A stretch of 64,000 nt of DNA from Mobula hypostoma (lineage: Eukaryota): assembly GCF_963921235.1 (NCBI RefSeq), contig NC_086098.1, positions 2,976,001 to 3,040,000 of the forward strand, read 5' to 3'. Made by a program: the position numbers and the translations under genes. Of this stretch, positions 1-12,745 are shown one piece after another. The notes beneath the pieces are model-generated. The model saw only the letters and a program-made list of their open reading frames with translations, made no database searches and was not told the origin of the DNA. Each line of letters begins with the position of its first letter. The stretch's first letter is position 1.

Positions 1-116
1 TGCAATTTAGATATATTTGATTATTCTTTTAATGAGCCAAGTTTCTGGTTTGATTCAATAGTTTCCTGAAAGGCATGATGCCACAGCTCGGACAGAGTGG
101 TGACAGGGCAAAGCCG

Positions 117-410
117 GGGGCCACAGTGCTGTAGTGGTTAGCACATCATTTCCCAAGGCCAGCTATTAGATCGGAGTTCGATTCCTGCCACTGTCTGTAA
201 GGATTTGTACAGGAAGGCATGTTCCAGTTTCATCCTATATTCCAATGTTGTATGTTTAGGGTTAGGGTCACTGAATTCTGGCCATGTTTTGTTGGTGCCG
301 GAAGCATCCTGTCACTTCTGGGCTACCTGGCATAATCCTCGCTGATTTGACTTGATGCATTTAACTCAATGTTTCAATACACCGTACATGTGACAATGAA
401 GCTAATCAAA
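117..410 (+). mobile_element. tRNA-derived SINE, degraded
   Basis: A-box-like tgtagtggttagca and B-box-like gagttcgattcc, followed by a SINE body similar to other copies in the window. Confidence 0.6.
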
Positions 411-423
411 TCAACTAGCTATT

Positions 424-835
424 CTAGTCCAGTCTAGCTCCTCCCACTCCCCTGTACAGATCACAGAACCTGCAAAGACTTCCCTTACAGGCATTTATCC
501 AACTTGTTTTCAATACCTCAAATGAACCTGATTCCAGCACCTCTATCAAGCCAGCTTTCATCCTCCTTTGCTTCAAAGAGAAAAGCCTTAGCTCTCTCAA
601 GCTATCCTTATAAAACATGCTTTCTAATCAAGCAAATATCCTGGTAAATCTCTTCCGCACCCTCTCTAAAGCTTCCACATCCTTCCAATAATGAGGCGAC
701 CAGAACTGAACACAATATTCCAAGCATGGTCTAATTAGGGTTTTATCGAGTTTCGACATTACCCCGTGATTCTTGAACTCAGTCCCTTGACTAACAAAGG
801 CCAACACACCATATGTATCTTTAACCACCCTATAA
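424..835 (-). mobile_element. CR1 LINE ORF2 3' fragment
   Basis: ORFs 628-909 and 424-618 give RPCLEYCVQFWSPHY..LERV.KRFTR and LRELRLFSLKQRRM, the CR1 ORF2 C-terminal motifs. Confidence 0.85.
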
Positions 836-1120
836 CATTTATTTTTTACAGATGCAGCAAAGAATAGGCCCTTCTGGCATATTAAACCCTGCTGTCCAGC
901 AAACCCCAATTTAATCCAAGCCTAATCACGGGACAATTTAGCATGACCAGTGAAGCTACAAACCCATGCGCATTTGGATTGTGGGAGGAAACCAGAGCAT
1001 CCAGAGGAAACACACACATTACACAGGGAGGACATACAAACTCCTTACAGAGGATGCTGGGATTAAACTCCAAACTCCGATGCCCTGAGCTGTAATAACT
1101 TCACATTAACCGTTGTGTTA
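836..1120 (-). mobile_element. V-domain SINE (HE1-like)
   Basis: V-domain (gtgggaggaaaccagagcatccagaggaaa on +), CR1-like 3' tail and (TTTA)n end. Confidence 0.8.
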
Positions 1121-1387
1121 GCGAGGGGTCACTTGAACAGCATCCTTGAAGAGTCAATGGACGTAGACCCAAAGATCCCTTTGTTCCCCAACACTGCATA
1201 GAATCCTCCATTCTAGATTTCCTGGTGATTTCTGTTTGTTTCTCTCTTTTCCTTGCTTTACTTGCTCCCTGAACATTTTGCAATCCACCTGCTTTGAGCT
1301 GTCTTGGAACTGGAGACAACAGCTACTGAGTTTCATCAAATGCATTCGCTATAACAAAGGAATGTGAAACTCGAACAGACCAAATCT

Positions 1388-4300
1388 ATAAGACCATAAG
1401 ACCATAAGACAAAGGAGCAGAATTAGGCCATTAGGCCCATCGAGTCTGCTCCGCCATTTTATCATGAGCTGATCCATTCTCCCACTTAGTCCCACTCCCC
1501 CGCCTTCTCACCATAACCTTTGATGCCCTGGCTACTCAGATACCTATCAATCTCTGCCTTAAATACACCCAATGACTTGGCCTCCACTGCTGCCCGTGGC
1601 AACAAATTCCATAGATTAAAAACCCTCCGACTAAAAAATTTTCTTCGCATTTCTGTTCTGAATGGGCGCCCTTCAATCCTTAAGTCATGCCCTCTCATAC
1701 TAGACTCCCCCATCATGGGAAACAACTTTGCCACATCCACTCTGTCCATGCCTTTCAACATTCGAAATGTTTCTATGAGGTCTCCCCTCATTCTTCTAAA
1801 CTCCAAGGAATACAGTCCAAGAGTGGACAAACGGTTCTCATATGTTAACCCTCTCATTCCCGGAATCATTCTAGTGAATCTTCTCTGTACCCTCTCCAAC
1901 ATTAGCACATCCTTTCTTAAATAAAGAGACCAAAACTGCCCACAGTACTCCAAGTGAGGTCTCACCAGCGCCTTCTAGAGCCTCAACATCACATCCCTGC
2001 TCCTATACTCTATTCCTCTGGAAATGAATACCAACATTGCATTTGCCTTCTTCACTACTGACTCAACCTGGAGGATAACTTTAAAGGTATCCTGTACGAA
2101 GACTCCCAAGTCCCGTTGCATCTCAGAACTTTGAATTCTTTCCCCATTTAAATAATAGTCTGCCCATTTATTTTTTCTGCCAAAGTGCATAACCATACAC
2201 TTTCCAACATTGTACTTCATTTGCCACTTCTCTGCCCATTCTTCCAATCTATCCAAGTCTCTCTGCAGACTCTCCGTTTCCTCAGCACTACCAGCCTCTC
2301 CACCTATCTTCGTATCGTCAGCAAACTTAGCCACAAAGCCATCTATTCCATAATCCAAATCGTTGATATACAGCGTAAAAAGAAGCGGCCCCAACACTGA
2401 TCCCTGTGGAACACCACTGGTAACTGGCAGCCAACCAGAATAGGATCCCTTTATTCCCACTCTCTGTTTCCTGCCAATCAACCAATGCTCTATCCACGTA
2501 TGTAACTTTCCCGTAATTCCATGGGCTCTTATCTTGTTAAGTAGCCTCATGTGTGGCACCCTGTCAAAGGTCTTCTGAAAATCCAAATATACAACATCCA
2601 CTGCATCTCCCTTGTCTAGCCTACTGGTAATTTCCTCAAAAAATTGTAATATTTTCCTTCAAGGAATCCATGCTGAGTTCTGCCTATCTTGTCATATGCC
2701 TCCAGGTACTCTGTAACTTCATCCTTGACAATCGACTCCAACAACTCCCCAACCACCGATGTTAAGCTAACAGGTCCATAATTTCCTTTTTGCTTCCTTG
2801 CCCCCTTCTTAAATAGCGGAGTGACATTTGCAATCTTCCAGTCTTCCGGAACCAAGCCAGAATCTATTGACTTTTGAAAGATCATCGCTAATGCCTCCGC
2901 AATCTCCACAGCTATTTCCTTCAGAACACGAGGGTGCATTCCATCTGGTCCAGGAGATTTATCTACCTTTAGACTATTCAGCATCCTGAGTACTTTCTCT
3001 GTTGTAATTGTGACTGCGCACACTTCTCTTCCCTGCCACCCTTGAGTGTCCAGTATATTACTGATGTCTTCCTCAGTGAAGACTGATGCAAAATACTCGG
3101 TCAGTTCCTCTGCCATCTCCTTATCTCCCATTACAATTTCTCCAGCATCATTTTCTATCGGTCTTATATCTACTCTCACCTGTCATTTACTCTTTATATA
3201 CTTGAAAAAGCTTTTAGTATCCTCTTTGATATTATTTGCTAGCTTCCTTTCATAGTTAATCTTTTCTCTCTTAATGACCTTCTTGGTTTCCTTTTGTAAG
3301 CTTTTAAAAACTTCCCAATGCTCTGTCTTCCTATTAATTTTTGCTTCCTTGTATGCCCTCTCTTTTGCTTTAACTTTGGCTTTGACTTCTCTTGTCAACC
3401 ACGGTTGCATCCTTTTTCCACTCGAAAATTTCTTTTTTTTGGAATATATCTGTCTTGCACATTCCTCATTTCTCGCATAAACTCCAGCCACTGCTGCTCT
3501 GCTGTCTTTCCCGCTAGTGTCTCTTTCCAGTCAACTTTGGTCAGTTCCTCTCTCATGCCACTGTAATTTCCTTTACTCCACTGAAATACTGACACATCAG
3601 ATTTCGGCTTCTCTTTTTCTAATTTTACAGTGAACTCGATCATGTTATGATCACTGCCTCCTAAGGGTTCCTTCACCTCAATCTCTCTAATCACCTCCGG
3701 TTCATTACACAATACCCAATCCAGTACAGTCGATCCCCTAGTAGGCTCAACAACAAGCTGTTCTAAAAAGCCATCTCGCAGACATTCTAGAAATTCTCTC
3801 TCTTGAGATTCAGTGCTGACCTGATTTTCCCAATCCACTCACATGTTATCACATGTTAAAATCCCCCACAATTAGCATAACACTGCCCTTCTGACAAACC
3901 TTTTCTATTTCCAGTTGTAATCCCTGCAGCTGTTTGGAGGCCTGTATATAACTGCCATCAGGGTCCTTTTACCCCTGCGATTTCTTAGCTCAACCCATAA
4001 AGATTCTGCACCTTCCGATCCTATATCACCTCTTTCTAATGATTTAATATCATTTCTTACCAATAAAGCCACGCCTCCCCCTCTGCCTACCTTCCTATCC
4101 TTCCGATACACCGTGTATCCTTGGACGTTCAGCTCCCAGAGACATGCATCCTTTAGCCACGTCTCAGTGATGGCCACAATATCATACCTGCTAATCTGTA
4201 GCTGTACGACAGGATCATCCGCCTTATTCCTTATGCTGCGTGCATTTAAGTATAACACCTTAAGACCAGTATTTGATACTTTTCGCTTTGATTTCACTGC

Positions 4301-4788
4301 AACTTTATTGCACTGCAACTCATCCCAATGGCTACACATTTGCCCCATCACCTGCCTGTCTTTCCTGACATCTTTACTGTTCACTATCTTAGATTTATTT
4401 CTGTTTTCTCCCTCCTCCGCTCTATCATTCCAGTTCCCATCCCCCTGCCAAATTAGCTTAAACCCTCCCTAACAGATCTATTAAACTTTCCCGCCAAGAT
4501 ATTGGTCCCCTTCGGGTTCAGGTGTAACCTGTCCTTTTTGAACAGGTCATACTTCCCCCAGAAGAGATCCCAATTATCCAAGAATCTGAAGCCCTGCCCC
4601 CAACACCAGTCTCTCAGCCACGCATTCATCTGCCTGATCCGACTATTCTTGCCCTCGCTAGCACGTGGCACAGGTAGCAATCCCGAGATTACTACCCTGG
4701 AGGTCCTGCTTCTCAGCTTCCTTCCTAACTCCTGGAAATCTCTCTTCAGGACCTCCTCCTTTGTCTTACCTATGTCATTGGTACCAAC
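1388..4788 (-). mobile_element. CR1 LINE, 5'-truncated within ORF1; ORF2 (APE+RT) broken by a few frameshifts/stops
   Basis: Consecutive ORFs: esterase end (DRLHLNPKG), APE (YLNARS, ETWL, GSDHN), RT (GVPQGSVLGP, KFADD); 3' (TTATGGTC)n tail near 1388-1410. Confidence 0.95.
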
Positions 4789-4834
4789 TAAGCAGATGGC
4801 TAATGGGTTACTAATAGCAGATCAAAACTAGATA

Positions 4835-6448
4835 CAGTGGTATGCAAATGTTTGGACACTTCTGGTCAAAATTTCTGTTACTGTGAATAGTTAAGTGAGT
4901 AGAAGATGAACTGATCTCCAAAAGTCATAAAGTTAAAGATGAAACATTCTTTTCAACATTTTAAGCAAGATTAGTGTATTATTTTTGTATTGGACAATTT
5001 TAGAGTGGAAAAAAAGGAAAGGAGCACCATACAAAAGTTTGGGCACTCCAAGAGATTTGAGCTCTCAGATAACTTTTACCAAGGTCTCAGACCTTAATTA
5101 GCTTGTTAAGGCTATAGCTTGTTCACTGTCATTGTTTGGAAAAGCCAGGTGATGCAATTTTGAAGCTTTATAAATACCCTGACTCCTCAAACCTTGTCCC
5201 AACAATCAGCAGCCATGGACTCCTCTAAGCAGCTGCCTAGCACACTGAAAATTAAAATAAATGATGCCCACAAAGCAGGAGAAGGCTATAAGAAGATAGG
5301 AAAGCATTTTCAGGTAGCCGTTACCTCAGTTCATAACGTATTTAAGAAATGGCAGTTAACAGGAACGGTGGAGGTCAAGTTGACGTCTGGAAGACCAAAA
5401 AAAGTTTCTGAGAGAACTGCTCGTAGAATTGCTAGAAAGGCAAATCAAAACCCCCATTTGACTGCAAAAGACCTTCAGGAGGATTTAGCAGACCCTGGAG
5501 TGGTGGTGCACTGTTCTACTGTGCAGCGACACCTGCACAAATATGACCTTCATGGAAGAGTCATCAGAAGAAAACCTTTCCTGCATCCTCACCACAAAAT
5601 TCAGCATCAGAACTTTGCAAAGGAACATCTAAACAAGCCTGATGCAGTTTGGAAACAAGTCCTGGGAACTGATGAAGTTAAAATAGAACTTTTTGGCTGC
5701 AATGAGCAAAGGTATGTTTGGAGAAAAAAGGGTGCAGAATTTCATGAAAAGAACGCCTCTCCAACTGTTAAGCACGGGGGTGGATCGATCATGCTTTGGG
5801 CTTGTGTTGCAGCCAGTGGCACGGGGAACATTTCACCGGTAGAGGGAAGAAGGAATTCAATTAAATACCAGCAAATTCTGGAAGCAAACATTATACCGTC
5901 TGTAAAAAAGCTGAAGATGAAAAGAGGATGGCTCCTACAACAGGATAATGATGCGAAACACACCTCAAAATCCACAATGAGCTACCTCAAGGGGTGCAAG
6001 CTGAAGGTTTTGCCATGGCCCTGACAGTTCCCCGACCTAAACATCATCGAAAATCTGTGGATAGACCAGTGCATGCAAGACGACCGAAGAATCTCACAGA
6101 ACTCAAAGCCTGTTACAAGGAAGAATGGGCAAAAATCCCCCAGACAAGAATTGAAAGACCCTTAGCTGGCTACAGAAAGCGTTTACAAGCTGTGATACTT
6201 GCCAAATGGGGGTATTACTAAGTACTGACCATGCAGGGTGCCCACACTTCTGCTTCAGGTCCTTTTCCTTTTTTGCTATTTTGAAACTGTAAAAGATGGA
6301 AATAAAAAAGTACTCTTGCTTGAAATATTAAAGAAATGTGTCATCTTCAACTTTATGCCTTTTGGAAAACAGGTCATCTTTTACTCGCTTAGCTATTCAC
6401 AGTAACAGAAATTTTGACCAGGGGTGCCCACACTTTTGCATGCCACTG
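4835..6448 (+). mobile_element. Full-length Tc1 DNA transposon, IR/DR type
   Basis: Long TIRs beginning CAGTGG(T/C)ATGCAAA, with inner direct repeats near 5030 and 6235; flanked by TA (4833-34) and TG (6449-50, mutated TA). Confidence 0.95.
5215..6221 (+). pseudogene. Tc1 transposase, DD34E; one premature stop (6022-6024) and a frameshift near 6066
   Basis: Paired-like HTH, GRP, TDE, QQDND, WP*QFPDLNIIENLW; 34 residues counted between the second D and E. Confidence 0.93.
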
Positions 6449-6587
6449 TGCCTTGGAAATAAAGAGATCCAGTTAACATCTCAGATTTCCTGTCTTGGGT
6501 CCAGCACAATGAAGGCTCAATAGTGCCTTGGCCTTCTTAGAAGGTAAAGGAGATCTGGCATGTCATCAAATTCTCCAAAAAACGTAA

Positions 6588-6855
6588 TTATTTATTTTAT
6601 TTAGTGATACAGGCAGAGAAGGCCATGCTGCCCCAGCAACCCTGAACAACTTTTATTTCAGCCCAACCTAATCACAGGACAATTTACAATGACCAATTGA
6701 CTGTGCTGGTATGCGTCTGGACTGTGGGAGGAAACTGGAGCACCCAGGGAAACCCATGCATTCCATGGAGCAGATGCTTGGAGACTTCTTACTGAACTCT
6801 GAACTCTGGAACACACTGAGTTGTAACAGCATCTCGCTAACTGCTACGCTACTGC
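6588..6855 (-). mobile_element. V-domain SINE
   Basis: Same V-domain and tail as other SINE copies. Confidence 0.75.
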
Positions 6856-6859
6856 GGTG

Positions 6860-7130
6860 CAGATACAAGAGCTCTGCTGGAATCATCAACGAGTAGTGCA
6901 GCATCTTTAGCACATAGAGTAGTGAACATACCCCGATTCATCGTGGCATCACACTCCTCACTGTTGACAGCATCTACAGGGGGCACTGCCTTGAACAGAT
7001 GACATCTATCATCAAGGATTCCCAACACCCGGGCCATGGCCCCCCTTGCTACCATCAAACAGGAGCTACAGTCGTCTGAAGTCCCACCGCACCAGGTTCA
7101 GGAACAGCTAGCTTCTTGAAACAACCAGTA
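6860..7130 (+). mobile_element. Rex1/Babar-type LINE 3' fragment
   Basis: Matches the caccaggttcaggaacag motif of the Rex1-like 3' ends elsewhere (17720, 31850). Confidence 0.55.
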
Positions 7131-7277
7131 CAATCCTAACCCTATCTCACAGTGGACCACTCCTTGTATCTACCATGGGCTGCTCTCCCACTGTGTTCAT
7201 TGTTTCAACTTATGCCTTCTTTTGCGTTGTTGATGTTTTCTTTCTTTGCACTGCCTGGTATAATTTATGTGTACTCC

Positions 7278-7590
7278 ATAAGAGGTACAGATGGAGTGGA
7301 GAGTCAGAGTTTTTCCAAGGCAGAAGTTGCTGATACAAGGGGCTAACTTTAAAGTGATTACAATCCTACAGGAAAGGGGATGTTAGAGGGAGTTTTTTGA
7401 AACAAAGAGTAGTGGGTGTGTGAGAAGCCCAGCCAGGGGTGTTTGCAGAGGCAGATACATCAGGGATAGAAAGAAACTCTTACAAAGGTTCTTGGATGAC
7501 AGAAAAATGGAGGCAATGTAGGAGATAAGGGTTAGATTGATCAGAATTGTCAAAACATTGTGGGCAAGTACAGTGCTGTACTGTTCTATA
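7278..7590 (+). mobile_element. CR1 3' end, degraded
   Basis: Similar to CR1 3' ends; tail gtgctgtactgttctat. Confidence 0.7.
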
Positions 7591-7625
7591 TATAATTTAT
7601 TTTCCATGTTGTCTGAAAAAACATC

Positions 7626-8345
7626 CTCAGTGCCGAACTGTCTAACTGTGACTTGTAACCATTACCACTCACCACAGCAATGAACAGCCTGACTGTAGCC
7701 TGTATCCATTACCACTCACCTCAGCACTGAACTGTCTGACTGTAGCCTGTATCCATTACCACTCACCTCAGCAATGAATTGTCTGACTGTGACCTGTATC
7801 CATTACCACTCACCTCAGCAATGAACTGTCTGACTGTGACTTGTAACCATCGGCACTCACCTCAGCACTGAACTGTCTGACTGTAGCCTGTATCCATTAC
7901 CACTCACCTCAGCAATGAACACCCTGACTGTAGCCTGTATCCATTACCACTCACCTCAGCATTGAACTGTCTGACTGTAGCCTGTATCCATTACCACTCA
8001 CCTCAGCACTGAACCGTCTGACTGTAGCCTGTATCCATGACCACTCACCTCAGCACCGAACTGTCTGACTGTAGCCTGTATTGATTACCACTCACCTCAG
8101 CAATGAACAGCCTGACTGTAGCCTGTATCCATTACCACTCACCTCAGCAATGAACAGCCTGACTGTAGCCTGTATCCATTACCACTCACCTCAGCACTGA
8201 ACTGTCTGACTGTGACCTGTATCGATTACCACTCACCTCAGCACTGAACTGTCTGACTGTAGCCTGTATTCATTGCCACTCACCTCAGCACTGAACCGTC
8301 TGACTGTAGCCTGTATTCATTGCCACTCACCTTAGCACTGAACTG
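7626..8345. repeat. 47-bp minisatellite, about 15 copies
   Basis: Unit ctcagcactgaactgtctgactgtagcctgtatccattaccactcac; period checked at 7691 and 7738. Confidence 0.97.
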
Positions 8346-8650
8346 GCCCTGTGGCTGTAGAGTCACATTTATGGACTCTGCGGTTCATGTTCTGCATGAT
8401 TTTGTTCTTTTCTTCATACATTGGGTGTTTGGTGGTCTTGGTGATGTGGGTTTTTTAATGTGTTCCATTGTGGGTTTTAATGGATGCTATTCTTGGTTTT
8501 GAGGCTGCCGGTAAGAAGACAAATCTCAAGATTTAATAAATGGACTTAATTATTAGAGATTACTGTTAGTGAAAGGAATATTGTCAAATATATGGAGCTA
8601 ATGGTGAAATGTTTAAAACTGTTCTGTTAGGGATATCTATTGTATCGACT

Positions 8651-8782
8651 GCTGGGGTTACATATTGGGTCCAGTATTCTCGATGAGGTCTCCTCAACAT
8701 GAGTGAGAGCCATTCTAAATGGGGCCACCATTCCTTCAAGCACCTCTGCTCCATCCATCAGAAGTGGAATGTCCTGGTGGCC
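8651..8782 (+). pseudogene. Penelope-like element GIY-YIG endonuclease remnant
   Basis: Reads AGVTYWVQYSR*GLLNMSE..G....KHLCSIHQK..VLVA, fitting the PLE pattern GVIYCI.CSRCGLLYIGET...LG.RF.EHLRS...PVA (recalled). Confidence 0.55.
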
Positions 8783-9126
8783 TGGATCTTGGGGCATCTT
8801 GATGATGGATACTGTCTTATTGTGACAGTGCTCCTTGTGAACGTGCTCGATAGTGGAGCATCAAACTCAATTAGGATAATTATGGAATGGAGCAAAAACG
8901 GTTGATATGACAATCACAGATTTGCATAAAAAGTTAGACTTTTAAAATACCGGAACACCTTTTTGAGTTTCTACTGATTGAAAGAAACATAGTGATGCAC
9001 CAACCATGGCGAGAGCACACCTGGAGCGCAGATTTCAGTGAGTGTGCGCTGAACACGTGGCTCCTCTCTGCACAGCAGGTGCATAACTATCCATGCCCAT
9101 CTCACCGCCAATGACGCGATGTTTGC

Positions 9127-9305
9127 AGGGCCACGGTAGCTCAGCTGTTAGTCTGACACCAATACAGCTTGGGACATTGGAGTTCAGTTTAATTCTGGTG
9201 GCCACTCACCTCAAGTTTTGCTGTCCTTCCTGTGAGCGCATGGGTTTCCTCTGGGTGCCCTGGTTTCCTCCCACAGTCCAGAAACATACTCCGGTATTAG
9301 GTTAA
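9127..9305 (+). mobile_element. V-domain SINE, 3' part lost at a CR1 junction
   Basis: tRNA-like head and gggtttcctctgggtgccctggtttcctcccacagtcca. Confidence 0.75.
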
Positions 9306-9307
9306 TT

Positions 9308-10966
9308 AGGGGTCAGTGTTGGGACCACTTCTTTTTATGGTGTATATAAATGATCTAGATGACGGAATAGATGGCTCTGTTGCTAAGTTGGCAGATGATA
9401 CGAAGATTGGTGGAGGGGCAGGTAATGTTAAGGAAACTGCTAGGCTGCAGAAGGACTTAGACAGATTAGGAGAATGGGCAAGAAAGTGGCAAATGAAATA
9501 CAATGTTGGAAAATGCATGGTCTTGCACATTCATAGAAAGAAACATTCAGACTATTTTCTAAGTGGGGAGAAAATCCAAAAATGTGAGATACAAAGGGAC
9601 TTGGGAGTTCTTGCGCAGGACACCTTAAAGGTTAACTTGCAGGTTGAGTCGATGGTAAGGAAGGCAAACGCAATAGAAACATAGAAAACCTACAGCACAA
9701 TACAGGACCTTTGGCCCCACAATGCTGTGCCGAACATATTTTTACTTTAGAAATTACCCAGGGTTACCTATAGCCCTCTATTTTCAAAATCCTATGTATC
9801 TATCCAGGATTCTCTTAAAAGACTCTATTGTATCCATCTCCACCACCATCGCTGGCAGCCCATTCCACGCACTCACCACTCTTTGCGTAAAAACTTACCC
9901 CTGACAACTACTCTGTATCTACTTCCAAGCAACTTAAAACTGTGCCCTCTTGTGAAAGCCATTCCAGCCCTGGGGAAAAGCCTCTGACTATCCACACAAT
10001 CAATGCCTCTCATCATCTTATACACCTCTATCAGGTCACCTCTCATCCTCTGCCGCTCCAAGGAGAAAAGGCCAAGTTCACTCAACCTATTCTCGTAAGG
10101 CACACTCCCCAATCCAGGCAACATCCTTGTAAATCTCCTCTGCACCCTTTCTATAGTTTCCACATCCTTCCTGTAGTGAGGTGACCAGAACTGAGCATAG
10201 TACTCAATATTAGCAGTCATTTCAAGAGGTTTAGAATACAAGACAGGTATATGGAGGATCTAGACAGGTATACGGAGGAATCTAAGGTGGGGGCTTATGG
10301 GGAGGCAAGGTTTGACGGTCGGCACAACATTGTGGGCCGAAAGGCCTGTACTGTGCTGTACTATTCTATGTTCTATGTTAAGATCGGACATGTGATGTTG
10401 AGGCTTTATGCATTGGTGAGGTCTCCTCTTGTGTATTGTGAACAGTTTTAGGTTCTTCATCTAAGAAAGAATGTGCTGGCATTGGAGAGGGCCCAGAGGA
10501 GGATGATTCCAGGAATGAAAGGGTTATCATACGAGGAATGTTTGATGGCTCTGGGTCCGTATTCGCTGGAATTTAGAAGGATGACGGGTTATCTCATTGA
10601 AACCTTTCGAATGTTGAAAGGCCTAGACAGATTAGATGAGGATAGGATGTTTCCCATGGTGAGGGAGTCTAGGACAAGAGTGCACAGCCTCAGGATAGAG
10701 GGGTATGCATTTGAAACAGAGATGTTGAGAAATTTCTTTAGCCAGATAGTGGTGAATTTATGGAATTTGTTACCACGGGCAGATGTGAAGTCCAGGTCGT
10801 TCGGTGTATTTATGGCAGAGCTTGACGGGCTCATGGTTGGACACAACATCAAAGGTTACGGGGAGGAAGCCAGAAAGAGGGGATCGGAAGAGGAAAAAAG
10901 GATCAGTCGTGTTTGAATGGCGCAGCAGGGTTGATGGGCCAGATGTCCTACGTCTTATGGTCTTAT
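9308..10966 (+). mobile_element. CR1 RT/3' half hosting two nested CR1 insertions
   Basis: ORFs 9316-9684 (KLADD) and 10473-10916; tail cttatggtcttatg. Confidence 0.92.
9676..10204 (-). mobile_element. Nested CR1 3' fragment, (TTTCTATG)n-tailed subfamily
   Basis: ORF 9873-10241; flanked by caata at 9671-75 and 10205-09. Confidence 0.9.
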
Positions 10967-12007
10967 GAAGTAGATTTGATATGCAAGCCGGAAAGCATTG
11001 AACAATGAATGGTATTCAGGTAGAAGTAATTTCAGAAAATGCATTGCAAGTCAAAAATCCAAACCAAGAGAAGCTGCATTCTTTTTGATGAACAAAATTG
11101 ATAATTATTTTTAGATAAAACTTTTCCTGTGAAATCAGCACCCATTGACCATCAGTTGGATCCAGGGGTAAGGAGAGGAAAGAGTGTGTGTTGTTTGCAT
11201 ATAGGGACTGAGTTCCAGAAACTTTGTTCCCTCCTCCACAGGCAGTTATGTCTGTTTTGATGTGAATTCCATAGCATTTACGGCACAGAAAGAGGTATTT
11301 CTACCATCAGTCCACACTAGTGCTTCAAGTATCTTTCTATTTCATATTAAAGAAAGGTTATCTTTATTTGTCTGTCATTGTGCATCAAAACATCACAATG
11401 AAATGTGTCGTCTGTATCAATGAACAATGCCATGCAAGGATGTGCCCACAAATGCCATCACCCTTCCAGAGTCACTGCTTACTAACCCTAACCCATACAC
11501 CTTTGGAAAGTGGGAGGAAATCAGAGTGCCCAGACAAAACTATGTGGCCCTTACAGAAAGCAGTGGAATTGAACCCAGAATGCTGGCATTGTTAAACTAT
11601 CTGCTACGCTGAAGTGCCGCTCCTGAGCGCTGGACTGTAATGTCGGCAGGAATGGTGGATGCAGCCTCATTAGTAACTTTTTAGAGGGAGGTAGCTATGT
11701 GCATGAAAGGCAAAAACATGCTCAGTGAACTGATGCCAGTCGAACAGCTCTTTCAAAGAGCTTTCACAAGCAAGATGGGCAGAATGTCTTCATTCTGGTT
11801 GTCTACATGCAGGACAACTGAGTTACAGAATTGAGAGGGTTTCCTTATCCCCGTGAATCATTACAACTGAATTTAAAGAAAGCTCCTTGTAAATTTGATG
11901 TAGTTAATTTAAAGATTTTTTATTGCTATGCCAATTTTATTAATAAATGAATGATTACCGTTAAAGAGACAGGTAATTCTGCAGCTGTTAGGATAATAAT
12001 AATTATT

Positions 12008-12236
12008 AGTTTTATTGAGAGCTACAGCCTGGTAATAGGCCCTTCCAGCCCAATGAGGCCACACTTCTGACCAATGAACTGACTCACCTGTACATCTTTG
12101 GAATGCGGGAGGAATCTGGAGCGCCTGTAGGGAAACGCGCACAGTCACGAGGAGAGCGTACAAACCCCTTATAGGCAGCTGCAGCGACTGGCTCTCCTCC
12201 AGCATTATGCTAACCACTACATTACCATGCCACCCC
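12008..12236 (-). mobile_element. V-domain SINE
   Basis: Head/V-domain/tail as in other copies. Confidence 0.7.
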
Positions 12237-12264
12237 AATGACGGCAAACCCATTCCTGAATGTA

Positions 12265-12745
12265 GTTCAAAGTAAAATTATTGTCACCATATACAACCCT
12301 GAGATTCATTTTCTTGTGAGCTTTCTCAGTAAACACAATCAAATCGATGAATTACCACACACAAGACAGACAACCGATGTGCGGAAGACAACAGACTAGG
12401 CAAATGGCAAAGAAAACAATCAAACAAAATAATCATAATCAATAATTAAGCAGTAAATATTGAGAACATGAGATGGACGGTCCTTGAAAGTGAGTCCATA
12501 GATTGTGGGAATAATCCAGTGATAAGGTGATTGAAGTTGAGTGAAGTTAGCCCCTTTGATACAGGGGCCTGATGGTTGTGGGGTGATAAGTGCACCTGAA
12601 CATGGTGGTGTGGGTCTTGAGGACTCTGGACCTTCTGCCTGATGGCAGTAGTAAGAAGCAGGCATGGCCTGGGTGGTGGGGGTTGCTGATGGTGGTGCTG
12701 CTTTCCTGCGACGCCGCTCCGTGTAGATGTGCTCAATAGTGAGAA
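12265..12745 (-). mobile_element. Rex1/Babar-type 3' end
   Basis: Tail gttcaaagtaaaatta on +; shares sequence with 31850-32485 and 63255-63712. Confidence 0.65.

Noticed and set aside
117..200. tRNA genes at SINE heads
   Set aside because: A/B boxes continue into SINE bodies; no complete cloverleaf
1520..4831. Many + strand ORFs opposite CR1 (and similar antisense ORFs elsewhere)
   Set aside because: Shadow ORFs of LINE coding sequence
7626..8345. CRISPR-like array
   Set aside because: Contiguous tandem units with no unique spacers; eukaryotic context, no cas genes
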